In this document: piece by piece, positions 41,230-55,009 of the stretch
Position numbering within the stretch: position 1 is the first letter of the stretch
Layout: each line of letters begins with the position of its first letter
From: Octopus vulgaris
Lineage: Eukaryota
NCBI GenBank assembly: GCA_951406725.2
Contig: OX597834.1
Span: forward strand, 10,354,001-10,418,000
Length of the DNA stretch: 64,000 nt
Direction: 5' to 3'
Made by a program: the position numbers and the translations under genes
Notes under the pieces: generated by a model
Seen by the model: the letters and a program-made list of their open reading frames with translations, nothing else
What the model was told of the DNA's origin: nothing
Databases searched by the model: none

Positions 41230-42781
41230 ATATATTTGCGTACATGACAGTATTTCAAAAGGGAAATTACATCTATTCAAAAGTCCTAAGCATATGCATA
41301 CGATCACATGCATATGGTTTTCTACTGTTTTAAATGGGGTTTTAGGGAGCAAAAGGTATCGGGAAAATTTAGTCTCGGCGTAAAGGTCTTTTATCAGGTG
41401 CGTAAAGAAATGCCAAAGCAAAGGAGGTCATTCGCAGTTCACCGGCAGAAAATTGTATCATGACATGATAGCAGTTCCTTTTCTAATGTACTGGATTATA
41501 CATATATATAAATATATATATATATGTATGTATACATATATATATATAAATATATATATATATGTATGTATACATATATATATATATAAATATATATATA
41601 TGTATGTATACATATATATATATAAATATATATATGTATGTATACATATATATATATATATAAATATATATATGTATGTATACATATATATATATATAAA
41701 TATATATATGTATGTATACATATATATACATATATATAAATATATATATGTATGTATACATATATATATATATATAAATATATATATGTATGTATACATA
41801 TATATATATATATAAATATATATATGTATGTATACATATATATATAAATATATATATGTATGTATACATATATATAAATATGTATGTATACATATATATA
41901 AATATGTATGTATACATATATATAAATATGTATGTATACATATATATAAATATGTATGTATACATATATATATATATATGTATGTATACATATATATATA
42001 TATGTATGTATACATATATATAAATATATATATATGTATGTATACATATATATAAATATATATATATGTATGTATACATATATATATGTATGTATACATA
42101 TATATAAATATATATATATGTATGTATACATATATATATATGTATGTATACATACATATATATATATATTTGTATGTATGTGTATATATATGCATTTGTA
42201 TATATATATGTATGTATATATGTATATATATGTATGTATTAGTTCAGCAGTATTGGTCTTTGCTAGCGTCAGTCAAAAGTTTGTAAAACATCAGTGATAC
42301 AAAAGATTTAAGCAGTTGCAACTTCGTTCCAAATGTTGTTAGGGATAGAAGCGGGACTAAAAAAAGGCCCTACTTTACAATTTCATCTTATGGCAATAAT
42401 AAGATTCACAGACACACGAATGTATGAATTCATGTATATACATGCATATGTAAGTATGTACGCATGCCTGTATTCCTGTATAATATTAATCTATGTTTGT
42501 ACACAAGAAAGCATGCAACTGTATGTATGGGTAGATGTAGCAACGCTTAACATATGTGTTTGTGTATGTAAATGATAATATATGCATAAAAATATACGCG
42601 TGCATGTTATTTCGTGTGAGTTCGAAGCAGTTTTGTTTTGCATACAAAATATTCTCATCGGTCTAAGAATTTGAGAGGAATAATAATGAGGAAACATCGT
42701 AAGATATTCGCTGACAGATCTCTAAAGAATTTTGTGGATAAAGAAAACGGTTAATATTTTTTTGTAAAGCAATGTATCGCC

Positions 42782-42817
<36 letters not shown>

Positions 42818-43315
42818 GTCCAGGCGAAAAGAAAGAGAGAGAAAGAGAAACAAAATATTATTGTAAAGAAGAAGAATATGATTCTGAAATTGTGATATGC
42901 TAGATACGATATGTTTGGCACTATATACTCACGTGCAAGAAAACATCAAATTTTCGAGCGTAACTCATGCAAACTGTGATTGCATATGCTTCGAAATTCC
43001 ATTCCAAGCCCCAGGTTTCTAAGCTATAAAATGGATGAAGAAATCTGTAATGTGTCGTTCAGTGATGCCATCCCTCTTCTTACTTGAAAATATATTCCCC
43101 CTCCAAAACGTACGTATATATGGTAACAAAAAAAAATATCCAAAAATAAAAAGAAAGAAAAAATATAAGAAAAATATTTTAAATTACAACAAAAAAAAAA
43201 TGTAATATTAAATGATGAACAGAAAAAAAAGAGAAAAAGTACTGAAAATGTAGTTGTTTTTTTGTAGTGTTAGTCGTCGTAAATTGTTGTAGTAGTAGTA
43301 ATAAGAACAACAATG

Positions 43316-43355
<40 letters not shown>

Positions 43356-43963
43356 TACTGAGTTGTGTGTTGAAAGATAATAAAACTTGTTGCAACGCAT
43401 CATGCAATGTAATTTTTATGTTAACGTTGTCGTTCGTGAAAAGTTTTTTCCCTTTTCTTTTTCCTTCGGTAATTTATTTCGGCAATAATATTCTAAATTG
43501 GTCAAGAGAATTGACTAAAGTGAAATTGCAGAATTTCATGCGGAAAAATATTTAATATGACACTATGACTATAATAATATTCGGCAAATTTCTTTTTACA
43601 TTTTCTAAAGTAATTACCTTTCATGAACGAAAATTAGATGAATATATACAACAACAACAACAACAAAAAAAAAAGGAATAAAAGAAAAGTGTAAAACAAA
43701 AAAAAAGGGGGTAATTTGTTAATTTTAATGATGATGAACATGAAGTTCTTGATGAAATGTATTGAAATATAACATAATAATAACTACAAAACATAGTAGT
43801 AGGAATGTTAAAAATAGAGATGATAATGATGATGAGACTGAAGATGATGATGATGATAATGATAATAATAATAATAGTAGTAATAGTAATAATAATAATA
43901 ATAATAATAGTAATAAATATAATAGTAGTAATAGTAGCTATAATAATAATAATAATAATAATA

Positions 43964-43998
<35 letters not shown>

Positions 43999-44738
43999 CG
44001 TTATTATTTCTACTGTAAAGACAAGGCCTGGAATTTGCGAGAAGAGACTATGTTGATTTCATCGGCCCCAGTACTCAACTGGTACATATCTCATCGATTC
44101 GGAATCGATGAAAGGCAAAGTCTACACTTTCTTTCTTCTATTATCACAAGGCCTGGAATTCGTGGGAGGGCATGGGCTAAGTCAATCACCGCGTTAATAA
44201 TAATGATAATAATAATAAATATAATAATTATAATAATACTGGTAATAATATCAATAATAATACAGCAGATATTCTGCTGGATACCACAGATTAGCATGTC
44301 AGTTGTTTGACCGTAACCAATTTAGTATGACGATATGGCTGACGATAAGAGTATCTCTGATCAAGAGCAGAAGTAGTGGTGGGGAACATCATAGCCATGC
44401 AATGAGAGTAGTTGTTTGGGCTTTGGATAATTCACCTCTAGAAACATGGGTGTTTCGTTCATTATCCTTCAGTAGCCCTTACATAGGGACATCTTGGTCG
44501 CACTGGTCTATTCGATCTGGAGAAAATCCTACTCGGGCATGAGCTAATTGTTTTAATAGTTTTGGTGCATGTGACTGGTGTACCACAATCAGACATGTAT
44601 ATACTCATGATGGATTACTTAGGCATCGGATATTTTTGTATCGACCATCTCTTTGATTGGCGTGTACTGCTTTCTCACTGATTAATAATATTGATGAAAA
44701 TAAAAAGTCGGTGACTGAGCTGCAATGCAGCTGAGAAA

Positions 44739-44774
<36 letters not shown>

Positions 44775-45019
44775 ACATACCATGATATACACTTAATATA
44801 TCAAAATGGTTTAAAATGTGCTTACTGTAGTATGCACAGGACTACTCATACATCCACTATGCATGTATGCATATATATATATATATATAAGTTCATGAAA
44901 ATTTAGATTCAGATGAATATGGTACTTAAGTTAAAGGCACCAGAATTTAGTATGGTATTATCGATATAATTCAAAATGAGGTGATTATAATCAAAATAAG
45001 CTATCCAGAGGTGTGTATG

Positions 45020-45055
<36 letters not shown>

Positions 45056-45316
45056 TCTGTGAACGGATCGATTTAAATTACTCTTCAGTGCTTGTAGCAG
45101 CCATAGAAAGTGGACATAATTTAACAAATGTATATTATATGCAATATTGCCGGTTATGTTGTAAATGTAGGCAAAACGAGCATTAGTTAAGAACACACAC
45201 ACACACACAGAAACACACAGACACATATGAAGTATATTAGAAGTGTGAATAGAAGATAATGATAAATCACATACTCAGAAGTATTTAGATTCACAAAGAA
45301 AGATAATATATGTACC

Positions 45317-45364
<48 letters not shown>

Positions 45365-45824
45365 TATTTAAATATATATATATGATATATATTTAAATAT
45401 ATATATATATGATATATATTTAAATATATATATATATATGATATATATAAATTAGAGAAAAACCAGTATTATGCAATTCAAACAATGATAGACATAAACC
45501 AAATCATAAATAAAAAAATATATTTTAAAATATAACTAGAACACATATATATATATTCGTTTTCGCATGTTATAATAGACATAATGGGAACTCATAAAAA
45601 TATTTATTAATAAAATATTTCTTAACAAGTTAATTTTTTTTCTTAAATATTTAATATTCTCTTAATATATAAAAGCGAGACACCATTTTAAACGCAACAT
45701 ATATTGCTCATTACATTAAATATAAAGAAATCATTATATTATATAAATATTGATATGTTTTGTGTTTATGCATTATCTTGTGCCCTTACTGATTTTTCGT
45801 ATCACATTTTTTTTTTTCGTCCAG

Positions 45825-46042
45825 GATCTGAAGTTGCTCCCCGAGCTGTTTCAACCCGGATTGTCAGCGGAATTTGGTGGTTCTTCACTCTAATAATGAT
45901 ATCCTCTTATACGGCGAATTTAGCCGCCTTCTTAACCATTGACCGGTTGGATACCACGATTGAGAGCGTCGAAGATCTTGCCAAACAGACGGATGTACAC
46001 TACGGGACATTGGAAGGGGGATCATCTAAACAGTTCTTCGAG
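45825..46042 (+). CDS. Ionotropic glutamate receptor (kainate-type/non-NMDA) internal exon: end of pore loop, M3 helix and start of S2
   Basis: Translates (G)[72 protein letters not shown], containing the iGluR hallmark SYTANLAAF. Acceptor ttttttcgtccag|GA (phase 1), donor GAG|gtaaca (phase 0). 218 bp. Confidence 0.97.
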
Positions 46043-46237
46043 GTAACATTCTTACATTTTATACATTTTATTACCACCTTGGTTTAGCGCACTCTCTCAG
46101 AACATCTATTCATCTATGCCTGTAAATATGTATAAAATAAATGTATGATATATCTTAAGATGTAGTAGACCATCATGAATATAAAATGGGTTTTAAATTT
46201 TGACACCAGACCAGCAATTTCGGAGATGGTAACATAG

Positions 46238-46323
46238 GCCTCGGTAGCGCAGTAGGCAGCGCGTCAGTCTCATAATCCAAAGTTATCGTCGAGCCATCGG
46301 GAGTTCGATCCTCACCCGGGGCA
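46238..46323 (+). pseudogene. Elongator tRNA-Met(CAT) pseudogene with a 13-nt insertion
   Basis: GCCTCGGTAGCGCAGTAGGCAGCGCGTCAGTCTCATAATC...GAGTTCGATCCTCACCCGGGGCA. Acceptor stem GCCTCGG/CCGGGGC and anticodon CAT at 46271-46273 are intact. The 3' side of the anticodon stem is mutated, length is 86 nt versus about 73, and a T9 run follows. Confidence 0.85.
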
Positions 46324-47215
46324 GATTTTTTTTAAAGGCGGTGCTCCAGCATGGCCACAGTCAAATGACTGAAACAAGTAAGCGAGTATAGGTGATTAAG
46401 GCGGCGAGCGGACAGAAACGTTCGCACGCCGGTCGAAATGCTTAACAGTATTTCGTCTGCCGAGGTCAATTTTACCTTTCATCCTTAAAATAAATTACAG
46501 ACGTTCTAATTTACCAAGATTATATAAATAAGCTAGAATTATTCAAAATTCTATTGAAATCTCTCATACATCATTAATCCGTTGCAATTATGATCTATGT
46601 ATTCCCTTATACTAATGTATTTATCAGATGGGGTAAAATTGTCCAATACTGATTGGAAGTTATGGCATAATGCAGACGGAAATTTCTCATAAATGTTAAA
46701 TTTTCTTTACGAATACAGCGTAATCTCTGAAAATTTTCGATTATATAAGGTTTATTTCCATTTATAATGCGTATGGTTTTTAGGGAGAACGTAACTAAAT
46801 CATTCGTCAGTAAATTCTTCTCTTTTACTTGTATTCGTACCGTGTAAGCGTTCTCATTCCAAAGGCCAATGAAACGAAAATTGGGTACAGTGACAGGTCA
46901 TGTTCATAGTCTGCTCTTTTAATGTATAGCAATATAAGCGCACTGCCCTCTTAAGACACGGGCACACTAGGCCTAGGTGTCTCGCAGATATACGGGCCTA
47001 AATTGGATCTATGTCTGCTGTGGCTAGTTGTTGACAAATGAATAATATAGGGTTCATTGCGACGGACCTCGACAAAGTTTACGTCTACAAAATTCACTCG
47101 CAAAGTATTGGTCAGCCAGGGCTTTAGAAGGAGACGTTATACCAAGTGCCGCCCATCAGGACTGAATCTGAAAACGCGTAGTTGCGAAGTAGTCGTCTAT
47201 GCAGCAATGTGTTTT

Positions 47216-47252
<37 letters not shown>

Positions 47253-49394
47253 GGAAAGAGAGGGAGGGAGGGAGAGAGATAGATAGATAGTTATCAATAA
47301 TATATAAATATATGCATATATATTTACATACATGTACATACCTATATATATGTATATATACATGCATATATGGGTGCAGGACATTAAAAAAAAACGAAAA
47401 AACGTTGAACAAAATGAGAAACGAAAACATAAAAACAAAAATAGAAACGAACTTTTTCCCGAACAACGAAAAAATTAAAAACATACAAACAGAGAAACGA
47501 GAAATACAACATAAAGAATATTCCCTTTCTTAAGTTGTCCCTGTTTCAAGTATTCCACGTGTAGAGGGCAAGGACAAGACGCAACTTCTTGAAACAGTCC
47601 TTCCCGCAAATCAAATTAAATAAAATTGGGATTTTTTGCGGAGGGTGAAAGTGGTAACAAGAACAGGACAGTGAGAGCAAAAAAAGTAAAAACAATAAAA
47701 AAATAAAAACAGTAAAAAACAGTACAATGAGAACAAAACAGTAAAAACAAATGGTGAGGGTTGTTAAGCCAAGACGATGGGAAAATTATTCTGAATATTT
47801 AAGAAGACGAGCTTATGAAGGGACAGTATAAGCACGTTTAGTCTTTACGAAGGTAGTAGTCAGAAAGATAGATTCCCTCTCGTCACATGTCAATGACGAG
47901 GGAGCCGAGGAGAAGGAGTGAGAGAGAGGGAGTGGTGAAGTGGAGAGGAGAAGAATAGGGAAGGGTGGGAGAGGAAAGCAGAAAGAATGAAGAACAAGAG
48001 GGGGGGGAAAGATAAACAGAGAAGAGATAGTAAAGATAGAAGAGCGCGCATCGTAATTATTAAGATAAAACTTGGAAAATGATGCGTGGCGTTCGATCAT
48101 ATAATAACATAAATAATATATATATATACGGACACATAAATATATATGTATATAGATATATACTTAGATCGATCGATCGATAAATAGATAGATAGATAGA
48201 GGGGAGAGAGATATAAAGAGAGAGATTTTTTATAATTCAATCTTATGATGTTACATATTTAAAGAAAGGAAATATTAAAAAAGAAAAAAATTAGGCAGTG
48301 AGTTCTAAGTCCCAATGAAGCTATGCGTGTTTTGTTTTTAGTGTAAAACGATTTATGAACAAGAAATATGTGTGTGCGTGTGTAAATATATGTATATATT
48401 TGTGTATGTTTTTGTGCGAATATGTGTGCGTGTTTGAACGTATGTATGTAAGTATGTGTATCTTTTATCCGTGCTATTTGACGGAAGAAAAATCTATATT
48501 TGTATATTGGGAGCTAATATATGTCTGTACTGTACAAAATAACTTTTTCCAGAAAACATACGAAATATAATAAAAAATGAGCTATATTAAATAAAAAAGA
48601 AATCTATAAGGCAATAGCCGAATAAGAATACATATATACAAAACATGATTGTTAGTAATTCCCAAGAAGATAATAATTTTTTTGTCCAAAAAATATATTT
48701 ATAAGAAAATATTATCAACGCTGCTAGATGAAGACAAGAATAGCATTATATTAAGAAAATATAATGTTGAATATTCTTTAATTTTCCGTTTTCCTTATGA
48801 TGGAATGATATCAAACCTTCTTATATGTCTAAACACTTATCCATACAAAAGCAACTGGAAGTAAATGTCATTTTATTTCCCGAAAAACTTGAATGCCTCG
48901 GCATTTTTTAAATAATTTTTCTATAAAATAAAATGATTCGTCGGTATTTTTTCTTAGGCAAAGAAATAATGTAGAATATCCAAATATGATAAAAAAAGAA
49001 ATACCGAAAGAAAAAAGAAAAATAATAAATAAAATACACAAAAATATTTGGAATGGATCCATGCACTTCGCCAGTTTAGCTGTCCTTATTGTTCTTTGAA
49101 ATAACTTTACAAGGCAGACAAATCAATGTATGAAATATTTTCATGATTTGAGAGTCATAATAGTAATGAAAGAAACGATGTAACATCATTAAAGAGACAG
49201 CGTATGTTACGCTTATAGAGGAAACTTCTAAGAAAGCGTTGTGCTTGAATCGTAGTAGACAAAATCTATGATACTAAATACCAAGGCTAGATGCATGCAT
49301 ATAGTGACGCGAATCCACGCTCACAAGCACACATTTAATATGTACGTGTGTGGGCGTAGCTCTCTCTTCCTCTTCCCCTTATTCTCTATATATT

Positions 49395-49840
49395 TAGTGA
49401 ATGCAATTGTCTTCCCAATAGCAACATATGAATGCGAGACCTGGACACTAAAGAAAGCTGACCAGAAGAGAATTAATGCATTCAAGCATTGGTGTTGGAG
49501 AAGACTTTTACGGATTTCATGGACAGCGAGGCTCACCAATGGAGAAGTTCTTACGCAGATCAGGCCGAAAATGTCGCTAGAAAATGTCACCAAGCATAGA
49601 TTGGCATATTTCGGTCATATTATGCGGAGAAAATCCCTGGAGAAAGACATCATGCTCGGAATGGTCCGTGGCAAGAGAGGAAGAGGCCGACCAAGAACCC
49701 ACTGGCTTGACACCATCAAGAGTGATACCGGAATGGACATAGCCAATCTGAAGGAAGCGGCCCAGGATAGCACTGACTGGAGGACACTGATCCAACGAGT
49801 AACCGAGAGACGACTTCGACTGAGCGGATAGATAGATAGT
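49395..49840 (+). mobile_element. RTE-clade LINE 3' fragment
   Basis: VFPIATYECETWTLKKADQKRINAFKHWCWRRLLRISWTAR...YFGHIMRRKSLEKDIMLGMVRGKRGRGRP, the RTE/Bov-B-type C-terminus, followed by a (GATA)n tail. Confidence 0.9.
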
Positions 49841-49857
49841 AGATATAGATGGACGGA

Positions 49858-50232
49858 AGAACTCCGTCGGTTACGACGATGAGGGTTCCGGTTGATCCGA
49901 ATCAACGGAACAGCCTGCTCGTGAAATTAACGTGTAAGTGGCTGAGCACTCCACAGACACGTGTACCCTTAACGTAGTTCTCGGAGATATTCAGCGTGAC
50001 AGAGAGAGTGACAAGGCCGGCCCTTTGAAATACAGGTACAACAGAAACAGGAAGTAAGAGTGAGAGACAGTTGTGGTGAAAGAGTACAGCAGGGATCACC
50101 ACCGCTGCCGGAGCCTCGTGGAGCTTTTAGGTGTTTTCGCTCAATAAACACTCACAACGCCCGGCCTAGGAATCGAAACCGCGATCCTATGACCGCGAGT
50201 CCGCTGCCCTAACCACTGGGCCATTGCGCCTC
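49858..50232 (-). mobile_element. SINE family C copy abutting the RTE tail
   Basis: Full-length reverse-complement match. Confidence 0.9.
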
Positions 50233-50354
50233 CTAGATATAGATATGTAAAGATACGATCCGAGGATCAAGTCAATGAGCTGAAGCAGTCTGCAGAGAAT
50301 ATGAAAAGAATAATAACTCCTTTCAGGGATAATAGTGGTTTATTTTCGCAGGTT

Positions 50355-50747
50355 CTCTTTTACTCTCTTTTACTTGTCTAAGTCATTTGACTGCGCCCAT
50401 GCTGGAGCACCGCCTTTAGTCGAGCAAATAGAACCCCAGGACTTAATATTTGGAAGCCTAGTACTTATTCTATCGGTCTCTTTTGCCGAATCGCTAAGTT
50501 ACGGAGACGTAAACGCACCACCATCGGGTGTCAAGCGATGTTTGGAGAAAACACACACACACACACACAAACACACACATATATACACGATGGGCTTATT
50601 TCAGTTTCCGTCTACCAAATCTACTCACAAGGCTTTGGTTGGCCCAGGATATAGTAGAAGACACTTGCCCAAGGTGCTACGCAGTGGGAATGAAACCGGA
50701 ACCATGTGCTTCGTAAGCAAGCTACTTACCACACAGCCACTTCTGCC
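50355..50747 (-). mobile_element. SINE family A copy
   Basis: Full-length reverse-complement match. Confidence 0.88.
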
Positions 50748-50835
50748 CAGAATGTAGCGATTAGAGGCTTCGAATGACCCCTTCCGTATTTTTTTTTTGG
50801 TCTATTTGAATGTTTTGCGTTCTTGTCCCATTTTG

Positions 50836-50883
<48 letters not shown>

Positions 50884-51107
50884 GGCGTTATTTTTTTGTG
50901 TGCGTGCGTGCGTTCTTGCGCTCGATGGTGCGTGTGTGTGTATGCGCGTATAGGTGTTGGAGTTCTAAAGGAATTGGCAACAAATCTTCTCAACTAATTC
51001 AAAGATATCATTCTACAATACACATGAAATCACTATCTATATCCTCTCGTTTTCTAATTGAAGTGAAAAATACCACTCGCACTCCGAAACAAACACATAT
51101 TTACGTT

Positions 51108-51167
<60 letters not shown>

Positions 51168-51222
51168 TATATCCGCACGTGTTTGTGTGTGTGACAGACA
51201 AGGAAAAGAAGAGAGAAAATGA

Positions 51223-51257
<35 letters not shown>

Positions 51258-52200
51258 CATATATATGCATACTACAAGAGGGAAAGTGCGGATGAAAGAC
51301 ATTTCTTATCATTTTTCCATCCTTTTTGTTGTCATCATCGTATACGAATATAATGACTTTTGTCTTTTTTTATCTAGTTAGGCTATACACAAAAACTAGC
51401 ATTTAACAGTTTCATTTTCTTTGAGACTGTCTCCACGTCGTTTATTTTATCACTAAATACATATAAATACATTTGTATGAACAGTATGCAACACAAGGTC
51501 TTTTATTTCTTATCTTCTTAATGATATAGTGAGCCGTTATAATCTTTTCTAGAATATTACCATTTGATTATTCACTTAATTCTACTTATACAATTTCTAA
51601 GATTTAACATCGTTAAAATATTTGTTTGTTTCCTCGGTCTCCGTTTTTCGCGAATTTTGTGAGATGAAAATACGCGCATATATTCCTAGTAGTGAAATAT
51701 ATATTTGGTGACTTAGCATGGAGACACGTGTGTTTCACAAGTGGGCATATAGTTCTTTGTACAATACGGTAAATAATAATTAGTGATGCACTCAGTTTAG
51801 AGTCGTAGCAAAGGAAAGATACAAGGACAATTTTAGATTTCAATCAAAAATAATTAGCTGAAAACATAGGACGTGTTATCATCCTTGTCACTTCTATGAG
51901 TATATAACTACTGACCGTGGATAAGCCGGGGTCTGTATTGGAGGGAAGGCTCTTAATGCAAAGATCTAAACGGAAGCCTTTACGTTGCTAAAATCCTGAA
52001 GCATGTTTGTGGAAGGCAGGCACATTGGGTGTATTTCTGTAAAGCCATTGACGTATTAGGCGTCATGAACGCTATTTATTTCATTTTCACGTATTGAGAC
52101 AATAAATGATTCATTTACAAAGCAAAATAAATTCGTAAACCTCGTTCTATTTTGGGGTCCCTATTTGTTCTAAATAAAAATATATTCTAAATAAAAATAT

Positions 52201-52625
52201 AGGCACAGGAGTAGCTGTGTGGTAAGTAGCTTGCTAACCAACCACATGGTTCCGGGTTCAGTCCCACTGCGTGGCATCTTGGGCAAGTGTCTTCTACTAT
52301 AGCCCCGGGCCGACCAATGCCTTGTGAGTGGATTTGGTAGACAGAAACTGAAAGAAGCCTGTCGTATATATGTATATATATATAAGTGTGTGTGTGTGTG
52401 TATATGTTTGTGTGTCTGTGTTTGTCCCCCTAGCATTGCTTGACAACCGATGCTGGTGTGTTTACGTCCCTGTCACTTGGCGGTTCGGCAAAAGTTACCG
52501 ATAGAATAAGTACTGGGCTTACAAAGAATAAGTCCCGGGGTCGATTCGCTCGACTAAAGGCGGTGCTCCAGCATGGCCGCAGTCAAATGACTGAAACAAG
52601 TAAAAGAGTAAAAGAGAGTAAGAGA
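52201..52625 (+). mobile_element. SINE family A copy
   Basis: Full-length match. Confidence 0.9.
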
Positions 52626-52895
52626 CAGTGTTAAAATACTAAATAATGGTTCGGCAGTGAGGTCGCTACACCTTTAACACACCGGGTAGAATGCTTAGCG
52701 GCGTTTACGTTCTGAGTTCAAATTCCACTGAGGATAATTTTACTTTTATCCTTTCAGGGTCTGTAAAATAAATATTAGCAGAGAACTGGGGTCGATGTAA
52801 TCGGCTTGACCCTCTCCGGAAATTAATGGTCTTGCGCTAAAATTTGAAATCAATGTTAATTAACGGTTTTATAGTACTTTTGTTGTATTTGTTGT

Positions 52896-53040
52896 ATTGT
52901 TGTATTTAGGAATGGTCATTTTGCCAGTTTAAGATTAATTTAAAAAATAAATAACGCTGAAGCAAAGTAACACCAAATATATAGTGCATGTGTTTTTAAT
53001 TGGCTAAACTGGCAAAATGACCATTCCGAAATACAACAAT
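52896..53040. repeat. Fold-back fragment of the NUMT-insert family: 36-bp inverted repeat
   Basis: 52896-52931 is the reverse complement of 53005-53040 (1 mismatch). The body matches 24507-24615. Confidence 0.8.
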
Positions 53041-53109
53041 ATCTGTTTCAGCACACGATTTCACATCAAAAATCTTGCAAAACAAATATATAAACGTAAT
53101 ATATGTGAC

Positions 53110-53295
53110 CTCGTGAGCACCGCCAGCAATTTCTTTTCCTCTGTCTTCCCTTCTCGGGATCTTTCCTTCTCCTTTGTTTCCGACGAAGAGCTCCGCTGGA
53201 AACGTTAAACCCTCCTTCTTCTTTCCTGAGCGTCCAATAATACTTTATTTGTTCCACGTCCTCGCGTTGCTGTATTTTCTTGTTTGGATTAACTT
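53110..53295 (+). mobile_element. Penelope-like pseudo-LTR fragment with minimal hammerhead motif (53176-53210)
   Basis: GTTT-CCGACGA-A-GAGC tcc GCTG-GAAAC-GT-T-AAAC. The downstream part (ttcctgagcgtccaataatact...tttggattaact) is repeated at 9641-9732. Ends in (TA)n. Confidence 0.65.
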
Positions 53296-54460
53296 TATAT
53301 ATATATATATATATGCTTATAGATATTTGGGTTTGTGTGTACCCAAATGACAATGAGTCCATGACCAATTTTGACAATTAGCATTCAATTAGTTAAATTA
53401 ATGATCTGTTGAATTGATATATGAAGGGCATGAGTACTCAACACACCACCTGCTCTCACTACTTGCACGGATTCCCTTCGACTCTCTGTTGCCATCTTTT
53501 ACTGCACATCATATTTGGTAGGTCAGAAGGACTGCAGTTTATGTCGTCACAAATCTGCTCCCTCTTTCTTTTGTAAGTTCCCACAAAAGAACTTCTCAAA
53601 TGATTTCGTATTTACATCTCTAGTAATGGTATGTTAACCTATGTTCTTTGCTGATGTCTGATACTGAACCAATGGCTTCCATGCGGATACATATTAAAAA
53701 TAACCCACGGAATGACGACCGTGCTCTGCATAGTTACGTGTTGCCATTTGGCAAGGCATAGCACCCATTTAGTAATCCTGCCAGGGATTCGGTGAAATCG
53801 TGGGACCACTGCATCGCGGATTGTGAAGAGGCAGTGGAAATGCTCAAATGAGCCAACGGTGCTCTTACATCGAGGCTCAGCGGGGTTGAGTAATGCTCGA
53901 AACTCAACGACCAGGATCACAATACTCTATCAAGAGTGTTACCGAAACGCACCCATGGGGTCACCGTCGATAGTTGTATAATCAGCTATTGAAAGAGTTA
54001 TTATGATTCAAGTTCTATTTTCATGCACCAGTGAACGCTTAATGACATTTCCAGAGAGAAATAGAGTTATATAGGTTGAAAGATTGATATTTTGAATTAC
54101 ATGGGTGATCGAACTTTAGGCCAGCCAAACAGTTTCCATCTAAACAATTTCTCTCTCGGCACTGAATTCTTCCGAGGCTACCGTAAAAACACTCGGCTAG
54201 ATCGTGAATTTCTTTCATCGGTTATATATCGGCTAGAAAGATTCATGAGCGGTCATTTAAAAAAAAAAAAAAAATCTTTGCTTTTCTATCAAATATAACC
54301 CGGCGCATCAAGAACTGTGACTGTTTCTGCTAAACCATATATGTTCTGTTCGCTATCTATCTATCTATCTATCAAAAAATGCAATATATACAAATATGTG
54401 TGAATGTGGATGTGGTATATATTGTATGTGTGCACATATGAGTAAGTTTGTGGGTGGGTG

Positions 54461-54512
<52 letters not shown>

Positions 54513-54515
54513 TAC

Positions 54516-54820
54516 GTGGGGGCGCAATGGCCAGTCGTTAGGGCAACGTACTCGCGGTCGTAGGATCGAGGTTTCGATTCCCAGACCGGGCGTTGTGAGT
54601 GTTTATTGAATGAAAACACTCAAAGATCCACGAGGCTCCGGCAGGAGGTGTTGGTGGCGATCCCTGCTGTACTCTTTCGCCACAACTTCCTCTCACTCTT
54701 TCTTCTGTTGGCCAGCTCGCTTAGCCAACGAGATGGCGTCATTTGAAGGCTAAACCAATGCGAAGCGCATTGTGACCAGCGATGTTTAACAACATCTGAG
54801 AGCCTGGTTGATCACGTGAT
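54516..54820 (+). mobile_element. SINE family C head with an alternative 3' tail
   Basis: Same head and body up to cacaacttcctctcactctt, then a different tail (ggccagctcgcttagcc...ggttgatcacgtgat). Confidence 0.85.
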
Positions 54821-55009
54821 ACACACACGCACACATATATGAATGAATAATGATAATACACGTACACACACGCCCTCATGCACAGGTACATATATATTTT
54901 GTTTGCGCTTTGTTCATACATCTTCCACTGTTTCATGAATATCATTTTAATCATTTACCTGGAATTCTGCAGTGTTTTATTGAATATTATTCAAATATAT
55001 TTTTTCCAG

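Noticed and set aside
46238-46323. Functional intron-containing tRNA-Met
   Set aside because: The extra sequence is not at position 37/38, and the anticodon and T stems have mismatches.
47380-48100. Purine-rich repeat-like block with a CTGTTTCAAG/CTTGAAACAG inverted repeat, possibly another Penelope-like end
   Set aside because: Neither a hammerhead core nor a convincing peptide could be recovered; left unclassified.
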